From Candidatus Hydrogenedentota bacterium (GTDB lineage Bacteria; Hydrogenedentota; Hydrogenedentia; Hydrogenedentales; SLHB01): a DNA stretch of 64,000 bases. Under the pieces are notes generated by a model. The model was not told the DNA's origin and searched no databases. It saw nothing but the letters and a program-made list of their open reading frames with translations. Positions 41,139-50,535 of the stretch are shown piece after piece. Within the stretch, counting starts at the first letter, position 1, and each line of letters opens with the position of its first letter. Location: assembly GCA_016215105.1 (NCBI GenBank), contig JACRLJ010000022.1, positions 3,407 to 67,406 on the forward strand, written 5' to 3'. Made by a program: the position numbers and the translations under genes.

Positions 41139-42166
41139 TCGTGTGCAGTCCCCAGCGACCGGACTTTCCGCGGGAAGATCAGCGAAAGTACAACCGATAT
41201 TGCCACGACAGAGAGGATGATTCCGAGAGACCAGGTGATGGGAAACTTGCCCCCGAAAGCGTCATTCAACCATACCATCTTCAGGCCGACGAACATCAAC
41301 ACGAGTGCGAGTCCAAATTTGAGCATATGGAACTTGTCCACGGCGCCGGCAAGCATGAAATACATTGCCCGAAGACCGAGAATGGCAAACACGTTCGAGG
41401 TGTAGACGATCAAAGGCTCGCGTGTCAGCGCGAAGATCGCCGGCACAGAGTCCACGGCAAAGATGACATCAGTCATTTCGAGAAACAGCAGCGCCACAAA
41501 GAGCGGAGTGGCGCAGAGACGGCCGTCGATACGAATGAAGAAACTCTGACCGTGTACCTTCGGCGTGACCGGCATGAAACGTTTGAAAAGGCGTATCGCC
41601 GGGTTCTTCTCAGGGTTGATGCCCTTTTCCGGCGCGAAGATCATCTTGACCCCTGTGAGAATGAGCAGCGCGCCGAAAAAGATCACAATCCAGGAGTACT
41701 GCATCAGGACGGAACCCATCGCGATGAAGATCGCTCGGAAGATGAGAGCGCCGATGATGCCGTAGAACAGCACACGGTGCTGGTACTTCGGCGGAATCGA
41801 GAAGAACGAGAACACAACGACGAAGACAAAGATGTTGTCAACTGAGAGTGATTTTTCGACGATATAGCCGGTGAGAAATTCCAGCCCCACCTGCTTGGCG
41901 GCGGCGTTTGGTTCAAAGCCCGACACTGCGGTCAAACGCGCGTCTATCGCGAAATTGTTCGTCGCATAGAGGTAGAACCCGTAGTTGAAAGCTAGGGCAA
42001 GTCCAACCCAGATCACGCTCCAAACTGCCGCTTCCTTGAAAGACACTGCGTGCGCTGTTCGATGGAACACGCCAAGGTCGAGAGCCAGCATGAACAGGAC
42101 GCATGCTGTGAAACCTGCATAGAACCACCAGTACTCCACGAATGGAAAGAACAGAAGTTCAGCCAT
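41135..42166 (-). CDS. TerC-family integral membrane protein
   Basis: MAELLFFPFVEYWWFYAGF...LEFLTGYIVEKSLSVDNIFVF...DSVPAIFALT is the TerC pattern. Confidence 0.9.
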   Translation of the reverse strand: MAELLFFPFVEYWWFYAGFTACVLFMLALDLGVFHRTAHAVSFKEAAVWSVIWVGLALAFNYGFYLYATNNFAIDARLTAVSGFEPNAAAKQVGLEFLTGYIVEKSLSVDNIFVFVVVFSFFSIPPKYQHRVLFYGIIGALIFRAIFIAMGSVLMQYSWIVIFFGALLILTGVKMIFAPEKGINPEKNPAIRLFKRFMPVTPKVHGQSFFIRIDGRLCATPLFVALLFLEMTDVIFAVDSVPAIFALTREPLIVYTSNVFAILGLRAMYFMLAGAVDKFHMLKFGLALVLMFVGLKMVWLNDAFGGKFPITWSLGIILSVVAISVVLSLIFPRKVRSLGTAHE

Positions 42167-42289
42167 TGATACAACCCTCTATTACTGTGTAGTTGCCGGC
42201 TGCGAGTCTGGAAACGAACAAACCGGAAAGCGTACGTCGTGGTAGTGCGACGTGCAGCGATATGGCGACCGGCTGGAGGCCATCTCCCA

Positions 42290-42724
42290 TCACCGTTGTG
42301 TATCCAGGCGCTCACGCTCTTGCGCCGCAATCGTTACCAGGAAGTTGCCTGCCCGTTCGTAACTTAGTACGTATGGATCGAGCTTCTCGCCTCGTGTGAA
42401 CGCCAGAAGAGTGTTGGGGTCGATTTCCGCTCTCTTGATAAATGCCATCTTCCAGTTCCCAAATCCCCGCTCCTGAACACCCTTGTACCCGAGCAGCAGC
42501 GCGTCCGAGGGGCGGTCATCTCGTAGTATGCGCCGGTAAAGCGCATTTACTTCGTTCTTCGGCCCTTCCCGGCATTGAAGAACGAACAGGGGATCGTAGC
42601 AGAGAATAACGGTGATGTTTCTTGCGGCGTTATTCTCTCGCGACTTTTCCAGGATATCGTGAATGGCTTCCATTTCGCGCGCATCCGTCATGCGACTCAC
42701 ATAAATTAGCCGGGCCATTTCCAC
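42290..42724 (-). CDS. Short BLUF-domain blue-light photoreceptor
   Basis: ARLIYVS (conserved Tyr), DILEKSRENNAARNITVILCY, FVLQCREG (conserved Gln), FGNWKMAF (Trp/Met pair). Aligns along its length with the AppA BLUF core from memory. Start is GTG 42724 or ATG 42718. Confidence 0.85.
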   Translation of the reverse strand: MEMARLIYVSRMTDAREMEAIHDILEKSRENNAARNITVILCYDPLFVLQCREGPKNEVNALYRRILRDDRPSDALLLGYKGVQERGFGNWKMAFIKRAEIDPNTLLAFTRGEKLDPYVLSYERAGNFLVTIAAQERERLDTQR

Positions 42725-43338
42725 GTCAAGTTCTCCTGGTCGTCATCAAACGCGCCGCCCACACAAGAGTATAGTTCCATAGCACAGTTACGGACGAGGC
42801 CGTATGCTGCGATTACTTTCGCCACTTCCCTATTTGCACTGACTGCCCATCAGCCGCGACCTCCCCGATGCAATGTCCTAAGCACTAGCCATTGGAACGT
42901 TCAAATGATGTCTAATTATTCCTGGACATGAGAATGCACGGTTGAGAGCCACCGCTTGTAACTTTGTCGATCACGCATGAAATCATAAGTCAATATATTA
43001 CAATGTATTATATCAACAACACGTCTTCATCCCTAGTCTTGATTCTTCTTTGTGCCACAGCTCACTGCCACAAAACCCCGCGCCGATTGAGAAGAACTCG
43101 TTACCGGAAATCGCTGCTGGGAGACCGACTGGCAGTCGCATAAGAGTCTTATAACTACCTGTAACATAAAGTGTTATAGCTACTGATTCTTGACGTATAT
43201 TGCGGTAGAGCCGTGTTGTAAAGAAAAAAACTTATGTCTAAGAAATATTCGACACATGTCTTCGGTTACATAGACAACAGCAGAAAACGGCTAAACAGGC
43301 AGGCAAGGCAGTCATGAAGCCAGATAAGAAACGGGTGT

Positions 43339-44283
43339 ATGAACGAAGAAACGCCAGGATATCCAATCAACTACGTAGCGCGAATGACGGGTCTGACGCC
43401 GCATGCAATACGTAAGTGGGAACGACGATACGAACTTATCCAGCCCCGTCGGACAGCTTCCGGGCGCCGGATTTACAGTGATGCGCACATCGACAGACTG
43501 CGGCTGCTGAGACGGGCGACCGCGGCCGGCTATTCGATAGGCAAGCTCTCCAGGTTAGCGGAAGCTGAGCTGCGAAACATCGTGCGGGGCACTTTCGAGC
43601 CGGTAGCTACTTCAGTTTCTTCGGAATCGAAAGACGAGAACTCGTCGCTGCCGTGGTCCGATCTTCTGGAGAAGTGCCGCGTTGCCGTTCGGCAGATGGA
43701 CTGGGATCAACTAGATGCGCTGCTTGCGAAGAGCGGGGCAAGGATGGGTTGTCTCGAAACGATAGAACACGTGGTGACGCCACTCATGCGCTGGGTGGGG
43801 AGCCAGTGGCATGAAGGAAGACTCCGGGTTGCTCATGAACACATGGCGACATCAAGCGTTCGAGCCCACTTGGAACATGTTTACACTTCGGTCCGGAGTG
43901 AAGCTGCGGGTCCGGGTGTCGTACTTGCCACGTTGCCGCAGCAACGCCACGAAATTGGAATCTTGATGTGCGCCGTGGTTGCCGTGTTGGAGGGTTGGCG
44001 CGCTCACTATTTTGGGCTTGAGCTGCCGGTGGCCGATATCGCCGTGGCCGCGAGCCATGTGCGGGCAGAGTTGGTCGCATTGGGCCTGTCGACGATTGGC
44101 GATGGACAAGAACTGCTCGAACAACTGGCAGAACTTCGCGACGCACTTCCGGTCGGGACTCGTCTTGTCGTGGGCGGGCCAGCCGCGATGAACGTCAATG
44201 AGGATGTGGAGCGATTGGGAATCCAGTGCTTGGAGCGCATCGATCAATTCCAGGAGTTGCTGAGGGAGTACGGAACAAAATGA
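43339..44283 (+). CDS. CarH/LitR-type MerR-family regulator with B12-binding domain
   Basis: MerR HTH INYVARMTGLTPHAIRKWERRY...SGRRIYS. W-x9-EH motif WHEGRLRVAHEH. His-on-type motif QRHEIGILM, followed by a Rossmann-like B12 domain. Confidence 0.85.
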   Translation: MNEETPGYPINYVARMTGLTPHAIRKWERRYELIQPRRTASGRRIYSDAHIDRLRLLRRATAAGYSIGKLSRLAEAELRNIVRGTFEPVATSVSSESKDENSSLPWSDLLEKCRVAVRQMDWDQLDALLAKSGARMGCLETIEHVVTPLMRWVGSQWHEGRLRVAHEHMATSSVRAHLEHVYTSVRSEAAGPGVVLATLPQQRHEIGILMCAVVAVLEGWRAHYFGLELPVADIAVAASHVRAELVALGLSTIGDGQELLEQLAELRDALPVGTRLVVGGPAAMNVNEDVERLGIQCLERIDQFQELLREYGTK

Positions 44284-44305
44284 GTGACCGATTGGATGCT
44301 AAGCG

Positions 44306-45028
44306 ATGAGAATGAGGAGCACGTTGTTTTCTTTCTTCATAATAGGAGGCTTACTAATGGTTGGCTTGACCATTTGGATTGCTGTGGGAGTTGTGTCGGT
44401 GGCCGGTATTGAAACGCCGAAGTACGAGGTGATCGCCAAACACGATGGGTATGAAGTGCGGCAATACGCCCCACAAATTGTCGCCGAGGTCACCATGGGT
44501 GGCGAATTCCGGGAAGCTATGAATGGTGGTTTCCGAAAACTAGCCGACTATATTTTCGGAAACAATACGAAAGTGATCGATGGTCCTGCGTCGGGTTCCG
44601 AGAAAATCGAGATGACCGCGCCCGTGCTGGAGCAAGAAGTCAGCTCCGAGAAAATCAAGATGACAGCGCCAGTTCTGGAGCAACAAAGCAAGACTGACAC
44701 TCGAGTCGTTTCGTTTGTCATGCCGAGCAAGTACACTTTGGACACGTTGCCAAAACCAAATAACGCGGACGTAAGAGTTGTGGAGGTGCCCGCGAAACGC
44801 TATGCCGTCAATCGCTTTTCTGGAACCGCAACGCAAGACAAAGCCGCAAAAAAGAAGCAGGACTTGCTCGACGCGCTGAAGCGGGACAAGATTGAAGCGG
44901 TGGGCGCACCGCTCCTCGCACAGTATAACCCTCCGTGGACACCGCCCCTGATGCGCCGCAACGAAGTCATGGTTGAGATAGCCACTGAGCGAGCGGGTAA
45001 TGCGGCAACCGGGCAATCTTCAGAGTAA
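44306..45028 (+). CDS. SOUL heme-binding-family protein with N-terminal TM anchor
   Basis: ETPKYEVIAKHDGYEVRQYAPQIVAEV...GGFRKLADYIFGNN...IEMTAPV...YNPPWTPPLMRRNEVMVEI. Internal duplication EKIEMTAPVLEQE / EKIKMTAPVLEQQ. Confidence 0.8.
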   Translation: MRMRSTLFSFFIIGGLLMVGLTIWIAVGVVSVAGIETPKYEVIAKHDGYEVRQYAPQIVAEVTMGGEFREAMNGGFRKLADYIFGNNTKVIDGPASGSEKIEMTAPVLEQEVSSEKIKMTAPVLEQQSKTDTRVVSFVMPSKYTLDTLPKPNNADVRVVEVPAKRYAVNRFSGTATQDKAAKKKQDLLDALKRDKIEAVGAPLLAQYNPPWTPPLMRRNEVMVEIATERAGNAATGQSSE

Positions 45029-45030
45029 GT

Positions 45031-45053
45031 ATCCCCCGGCTTTGCCGGGGGAT
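45031..45053. terminator. Bidirectional-looking GC hairpin
   Basis: ATCCCCCGGC-TTT-GCCGGGGGAT, 3 nt after the SOUL gene stop. Confidence 0.6.
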
Positions 45054-45162
45054 CGCTGAGCCTGTGCAGACGTGGGTATCGTAACTTTATACGGAGCAAT
45101 GCCCCTGCCGTCTTGGATACGGGGCTGCTCTCTTGGGCAGCCCCGCAGCGTACCGCCGGGTT

Positions 45163-45215
45163 GCCAGGAATCCGGACGAAAAGCCGGCTTTTTGACGCGG
45201 CGCGGCCAGAAAGCG
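45163..45215 (-). repeat. CTAG-bounded repeat, copy D (partial, reverse orientation)
   Basis: CCAGGAATCCGGACGAAAAGCCGGCTTTTTGACGCGGCGCGGCCAGAAAGC. Lies just outside the stop of the 1767-aa gene. Confidence 0.7.
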
Positions 45216-45231
45216 TCTGTATGAGGTGCGG

Positions 45232-48200
45232 CTATAACTCAGCGCCCACCGCAAACGGTCCGCCTTGGATACCCAGATCGTTTCGCGATCCATCCGGATC
45301 GTTGTATTCCGGCGCAGGGTCGCCCGCATCACACAAGGACGATTCCGGCGCCAGGTACAGGTTCAGAGACAACACATCGACGAACAGCGGATTGTCGTTC
45401 CGGTCGGTCGCCGACGTCATCGCGCCGACGAGATCGGCGCCATTGGAGTAGTAGTCGTTATAGGCGCTGGACGAGTTTGGCCCGAGGCCTATCGAGCAAC
45501 CGGAGGTGTTGAACGCGAAGATGTTGTTGCGCATCCGCACCCCGGCTGTCGGGTCGCCGGAGACGCCGAGATCGTTCAGGACGACAGCGTTGTTTGCAAA
45601 CGAGATCGAGGCCCGTTCTTGGACGTACACGGCCGTTGCGCTCGAATGGAGCGTACAATTTGAGATTTCCGCGCTGACGTCCGCAGGCACAGTGATCGCA
45701 GGAGCGCCGGGTCCGCTCAGCGAGAAGCCCCGGATCGAGGAGCCGGCCGCCAGGGTTACCACTGTCTGCAGGGTGTCCGGGCCGGCCAGTATTGTGGTTC
45801 GCGCTCCGCCGGAACTGCAGAGCGCGACCCTGGCCTTGAGGATGACATGTTCCGTGTAGACGCCCGGTAAGACGACGATGGTATCTCCGCGGCCGGTCAG
45901 GCTAGAGGCCATTGCTTCGGCGATCGTGTTGTAAGGATTGGCTGACGAGCCGCTCTCAGTCCCGTGATACGACGCATCAACGTAGATCGTCTCCGCGGCG
46001 CCGGTCAGTTGATTGATCGATCCCGCAATGTTCAACCCCAACGCCGCGTTAGTGACCAGTTGAACGTCAGTGGCGTCGATGCGTCCGTCGCCGTTGATAT
46101 CCTCGAGAGTGTTGGGGGCGCCGCCGCGCAACGCGGCGTTGACCAGACGCTGTACGTCCATCGCGTTCACGAGTTCATCTCCAGTGACATCGCCGAAAGC
46201 CGGCATATCGAGCGAAGACAGCGGGTCCTTGCCGCGGGAGACTTCGAATCCGTCCAGCGCGCCATCGCCGTCGGTGTCTTGATTGCACGGATCCGAGCCG
46301 ATACGGAACTCGTTACTATCGGTCAGCGCATCGCCGTCGGAATCGTCATCGAGATAGTTGGGCACGCCGTCGCCGTCGGGGTCGTCCGTACCTTCCTCGC
46401 CGTCCGTAAAACCATCCTTATCCGTGTCAAAGCCGGGAATGTAGGTAACGACAATCGTTGCGGGGGCGCTGGCGTTCAGCGAATCGTCAAAGGCGACGAC
46501 TTCGAAGAGTTGGGCGCCCAGTTGAAGTGATTTCGGCGATTGCCACACGCCATTCACGGGCGCGAGGTCAATCTTGGCTCCGTTCACTTCGACCAGAGTG
46601 ACGTCCGAGTCCACCGTCCCTTGCAGCAGCACGGCCGGAATTCCGGTAGTCAGATCGGCGCCGCCGTTGGTGGTGATAGCGGGGGGCGCGGGCGGTGTAG
46701 TGTCGGCAAGGTTGACGTAGATCGCCTGGATCTGCTTGTGTCCGGTCATTTGGACCGTGGTGCGGGCGGAGGTATCGAGGGATTTCAGCACGTGGCCGGA
46801 GGGGTCCGCCCAACGTTCGAAGGCATAGGTGCCGTAGGTCGCGGGGGCCTCCAACACCACGGCGTCGCCCCGATTGAACGTCCGAACAAAGTCGCCGCGC
46901 CCGTCGCCACGGCCATTTACATCCTGCTTGAGGGCTTTGGCTACCGGCTCGATGAAGATTGTGGGCGTCAAACCTTCGGAGATCCGCACGTCGAGTTCGC
47001 TTTGGTCGGACCGCTTCTCGAAGTAGTCATATTGGACCTCGATTCGCAGGCCGTCGATCATCATATCGACACCGGTACCGGTGACCGATTCCTTCGTGAT
47101 CAGGATGTCGCCCCAGGCGGCAGGGCGCGAATACAGCATCAGGTCCGGGTTGACATATCCCAAGGCGTCTTCGAGCAGGAACCGCAGGAGTGACTGGCTC
47201 GCGGCGCTGATAGTCGTCTCCTGAGTCGTATGCCGTATGCCGTCATACACGGTCTTCCAGGAGATGGGATTCACCGCGGCATTGCGATAGTGCGCGAAGC
47301 GATAGGTGGCGCCGCGGGAGCTGAGCAGCGAGAGGCCGGTGTGCTCATACTTGAGACGCAGTATGGCCGTGCCGCCGTAGTCCGACCCTTCGCTCGGGTG
47401 GACGTCGAGCGACTGCGTTCGCAGATCCACGATTCGGAGGTTCTCTTCGGTCACGCCGAAGATATTCCGTTTCTTCATGTTGATGTACACATACCCATCC
47501 CGATTCAGCTTCTCCAGTTCTTGTGGATTCAACGCGAAGGAGATGGGCGCCGATCGTTCCGGAGCGTTCACATTGAGTTCGTCGAAGATCTCCGCGGTGA
47601 CGCGGCTAAGCTCGTCGATGTAGAGCGACTTGAGCGTCTGGAACTCGTCCTGGGTGAGCAGGTGGTTGCGTCCGCTCGGCGCCGCGAGGGTCTGGAACGC
47701 GTCGAAAAGGGCGTTGAGGTTCAGTTCCCCTCCGTACGCCCGGAGCATGCGGTACTCGAAGGCCTTGGCCATGTAGTATTGATACTTGAGCAAACGGTCT
47801 TTGGCGCGGCGTTCCATTTCCTTGATGTACATGAACGCCCGCTCGTTAATTCTCTCGGAGTTCTCGGCGATATTCTCGTTGAGCGCCACGACGCCCAGCA
47901 TGGTCTGATCAACCTGGGCCGCGGCCGAGGTGAGGGTCTGCAAGGTGTCGGTGATGCGTTCGGCGAGCAGCTCTTTTTGTTCGGCCAACTCGAGGATATC
48001 CCCGGATATTTCTTGAAACGCGGGATCGGTGGCCTTCAGCCGTTGAATTTCGGCTTCCATCTCGTCTTTTGGCGCCTGAGTGCCTTTGATTGAGGATATC
48101 AGCGGCCCGAGGCCTTCGGCCAATTGTTTGGAGTAGACTTGCAGGCTGGTGACTTCAACGTGGTACGCGCCCTCGTTTTCCTTGTTGAGTTCCTTCAGTT

Positions 48201-50535
48201 TCCGATTCAGTTGGTCCGACTTTCGGGCCATATCCGCCTGCCGGAACGTGTAGGCGAACTCGCCCGCTTGGGCCAAGGAGTCGATATCGTCCCACGAGGT
48301 CTCGGAATCGACGGTGGCCAGGATGTTGAGTCCACCGCCCAGGGCGCCGAGGACCGGCTGGTAGGCGGGCGCCATCTTGAGGCCGGCGCCGACGACCTTC
48401 AGCGCCTTTTCCCACCACGGCGGCTCCAAATTCTCTTCCGCTTTGGCTTTCAGGCGCTCCTCGATTTCCTGCAATTGCGTTTGCAGTTCGGTCATGTGGG
48501 TGGTGAGATTCGCCGCCTGAAGTTCCAGGCCGGGCATCGCCAACTGCGCGGTATTGAAGGTTTCTATGGCGGTATCGAGGTCGTTCTTGAGTTCGGCCTT
48601 GGCGTAGGTCATGGCGTCCCGCTTGTCCAAGGCGGTGTCGGCCAACGATCCCAGCCAGTAGGTCAGGTACAGTACGCGCAGTGAGCGGTCGACCTCACCC
48701 TCGAAGGCCGCGAGATTGGCCTCGAAGGACAGCATCGGGACCCAGCCCGCGGGGTTGCCGAAATAGTCCAGATTGTAGGACGCGCGGTGATGCAGCACCT
48801 CCATTTCCTGACGAATCTGTTCGAAGTCCGCCGCGTCGGCCTCGGACACCGGCCCCAATGCGCCGAGCAGATCGAGATATTCGGTCAACATGGCGCGCGC
48901 TTCTTCGATATGGCCGTTCAGGTACGTGTCTCTTATGTCGAGCAAGACGTTGCGTGCAGCGGCCGGAGTTAGCCAGTCATCGACAGTGCCTGCGACTTGG
49001 TCAACGTTGCCCGAAGGGCCGGCCACATTGCTGGGGCCAGACTTGCTTTCGCCTTCTAGAATGTCAAACGTGGTAACCGTCCAGACGGCTGGCGCGCAAT
49101 TCTCGAAGTACCAGAGGAAAGGAGGTATGATCCACACGAATTGGGACCGAAACCAGCCATCTACCCAATAGGCGGGATTGGGAGTCCCTGCCGCGCCCCC
49201 TGCTGCGGACGCGCCTTGGGCTCCCGGGCTTCCGCCTGCGGCATCCACTAGCGGTTTCAGATCACAAACCGCAGGGTCCAGCGTGGAATAGAACTCACCG
49301 GCTGCGCCGCCGATGCCGGGCGTTCCCGGCGCCACGGCGGGGCCACCGTTACCGGGGACGACCGCGGACCCGGAGCTCCAGTCATCATCGGCGTGACCCA
49401 AATCGTTACCGCCGCCGCAGTTTCCACACTTGTTCTCGTGGAGATGATACGAGAGAATCTTGGCCGAAGGGACCCCTGGAACGTACATCGGGGACACGGT
49501 GCATGGCGTTTGACTTATGCCTTGCGCGCCAGCGTGACCTGGGCCGGGAACTTGGCCTTGCCCGCCCCGAGCAACGAACCGCGGTGTCGCGCTCTTGAGC
49601 GGGGTTGGCGTGGCGAAGAATGACGCGATCTTCACCGCAATATCTCCCGCTTTCAACCCGGCCACGCCATTGGCAGCGGGAACGTCATCTGCGGCGCTAT
49701 AGATGTTTGGCCCGAGTTGAGCGCCGCTGGGAATCTGCTCGTTCGTCAACGGTGTGGTGATCAGGCGCGCCCGCTGATCTTCGGTCACGCCGTCCTTGTC
49801 CTCGAACCGGAGTTCGCGGGCCCGTATCGTCACATTCGTCTGGGGAAAATGAAGCGGGTCGCGAATAATCAGGGTTTCGGCCGAAATCGTCAATTCGGCG
49901 ATGTCCGTGCGATCATTATGAACTGCGTACAGATTGCCGGAATCCTTGTCGAACACGACCGTCTTCCCGGAAATCTGCAGGCGTTTCGCGAAGCGCTGCT
50001 CGGAACCGACGGTCCGGGGAAACGAAAGGTAATTGAGTTCCACGTTTTCGTAGATGTTTTCCTCGACAACGGTGGTATAGGCGGTGGGATCCGGGATGGG
50101 ACGGACATAGGTGATGATGTCCGCCTCGGGGGGGAAGTCGGCGACGGGCTCCATGGTGATGGTTTCCGACGCAGTTGTTCCAGCGGCCTGTGCCGTAAAG
50201 GCAATGGTGAACGGTTTGCGGTCTTGACTATCGGGTGTGTACTCGAATAGGCCGGTGAGGCCGTCTAGCGTTATTGGACCGACGGGCATGGGGGACACGT
50301 TCATCGAGTAGGCCGCTCCGGCGCCGAGGGCGGTCGAATACACCTGAAAGGTTCGCGTGTGTCCATAGTACGCGGCTTGTTCGCCAATCTCGCCGATATC
50401 GTACCGGGTGACCTCCGCTCCCGCCACGACAGCGGCGAGGGATAAGAGCGACAGCGTCATCCAGCGCCGGATCGAGGGACTATGAGTCAAGGTGCTAATC
50501 CGAAGGTGTGACACGTTCATGGCGGCGCCCTCCAT
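45232..50535 (-). CDS. Giant secreted multidomain protein (1767 aa)
   Basis: N-terminal signal. The C-terminal ~450 aa carry thrombospondin-type-3 Asp repeats (DTDKDGFTDGEEGTDDPDGDGVPNYLDDDSDGDALTD), a dockerin-like pair (DVTGDELVNAMDVQRLVN / DINGDGRIDATDVQLVTN) and a parallel beta-helix (NosD/pectate-lyase-like). The central ~900 aa are Gly-rich then helical/coiled-coil, and unrecognised. Confidence 0.9.
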   Translation of the reverse strand: MEGAAMNVSHLRISTLTHSPSIRRWMTLSLLSLAAVVAGAEVTRYDIGEIGEQAAYYGHTRTFQVYSTALGAGAAYSMNVSPMPVGPITLDGLTGLFEYTPDSQDRKPFTIAFTAQAAGTTASETITMEPVADFPPEADIITYVRPIPDPTAYTTVVEENIYENVELNYLSFPRTVGSEQRFAKRLQISGKTVVFDKDSGNLYAVHNDRTDIAELTISAETLIIRDPLHFPQTNVTIRARELRFEDKDGVTEDQRARLITTPLTNEQIPSGAQLGPNIYSAADDVPAANGVAGLKAGDIAVKIASFFATPTPLKSATPRFVARGGQGQVPGPGHAGAQGISQTPCTVSPMYVPGVPSAKILSYHLHENKCGNCGGGNDLGHADDDWSSGSAVVPGNGGPAVAPGTPGIGGAAGEFYSTLDPAVCDLKPLVDAAGGSPGAQGASAAGGAAGTPNPAYWVDGWFRSQFVWIIPPFLWYFENCAPAVWTVTTFDILEGESKSGPSNVAGPSGNVDQVAGTVDDWLTPAAARNVLLDIRDTYLNGHIEEARAMLTEYLDLLGALGPVSEADAADFEQIRQEMEVLHHRASYNLDYFGNPAGWVPMLSFEANLAAFEGEVDRSLRVLYLTYWLGSLADTALDKRDAMTYAKAELKNDLDTAIETFNTAQLAMPGLELQAANLTTHMTELQTQLQEIEERLKAKAEENLEPPWWEKALKVVGAGLKMAPAYQPVLGALGGGLNILATVDSETSWDDIDSLAQAGEFAYTFRQADMARKSDQLNRKLKELNKENEGAYHVEVTSLQVYSKQLAEGLGPLISSIKGTQAPKDEMEAEIQRLKATDPAFQEISGDILELAEQKELLAERITDTLQTLTSAAAQVDQTMLGVVALNENIAENSERINERAFMYIKEMERRAKDRLLKYQYYMAKAFEYRMLRAYGGELNLNALFDAFQTLAAPSGRNHLLTQDEFQTLKSLYIDELSRVTAEIFDELNVNAPERSAPISFALNPQELEKLNRDGYVYINMKKRNIFGVTEENLRIVDLRTQSLDVHPSEGSDYGGTAILRLKYEHTGLSLLSSRGATYRFAHYRNAAVNPISWKTVYDGIRHTTQETTISAASQSLLRFLLEDALGYVNPDLMLYSRPAAWGDILITKESVTGTGVDMMIDGLRIEVQYDYFEKRSDQSELDVRISEGLTPTIFIEPVAKALKQDVNGRGDGRGDFVRTFNRGDAVVLEAPATYGTYAFERWADPSGHVLKSLDTSARTTVQMTGHKQIQAIYVNLADTTPPAPPAITTNGGADLTTGIPAVLLQGTVDSDVTLVEVNGAKIDLAPVNGVWQSPKSLQLGAQLFEVVAFDDSLNASAPATIVVTYIPGFDTDKDGFTDGEEGTDDPDGDGVPNYLDDDSDGDALTDSNEFRIGSDPCNQDTDGDGALDGFEVSRGKDPLSSLDMPAFGDVTGDELVNAMDVQRLVNAALRGGAPNTLEDINGDGRIDATDVQLVTNAALGLNIAGSINQLTGAAETIYVDASYHGTESGSSANPYNTIAEAMASSLTGRGDTIVVLPGVYTEHVILKARVALCSSGGARTTILAGPDTLQTVVTLAAGSSIRGFSLSGPGAPAITVPADVSAEISNCTLHSSATAVYVQERASISFANNAVVLNDLGVSGDPTAGVRMRNNIFAFNTSGCSIGLGPNSSSAYNDYYSNGADLVGAMTSATDRNDNPLFVDVLSLNLYLAPESSLCDAGDPAPEYNDPDGSRNDLGIQGGPFAVGAEL

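Noticed and set aside
42167-42289. yybP-ykoY manganese riboswitch upstream of the TerC gene
   Set aside because: TerC genes often carry it, so I read the minus-strand leader. I could not find the conserved GGGGAGUAG and matching distal elements. An Infernal scan would settle it.
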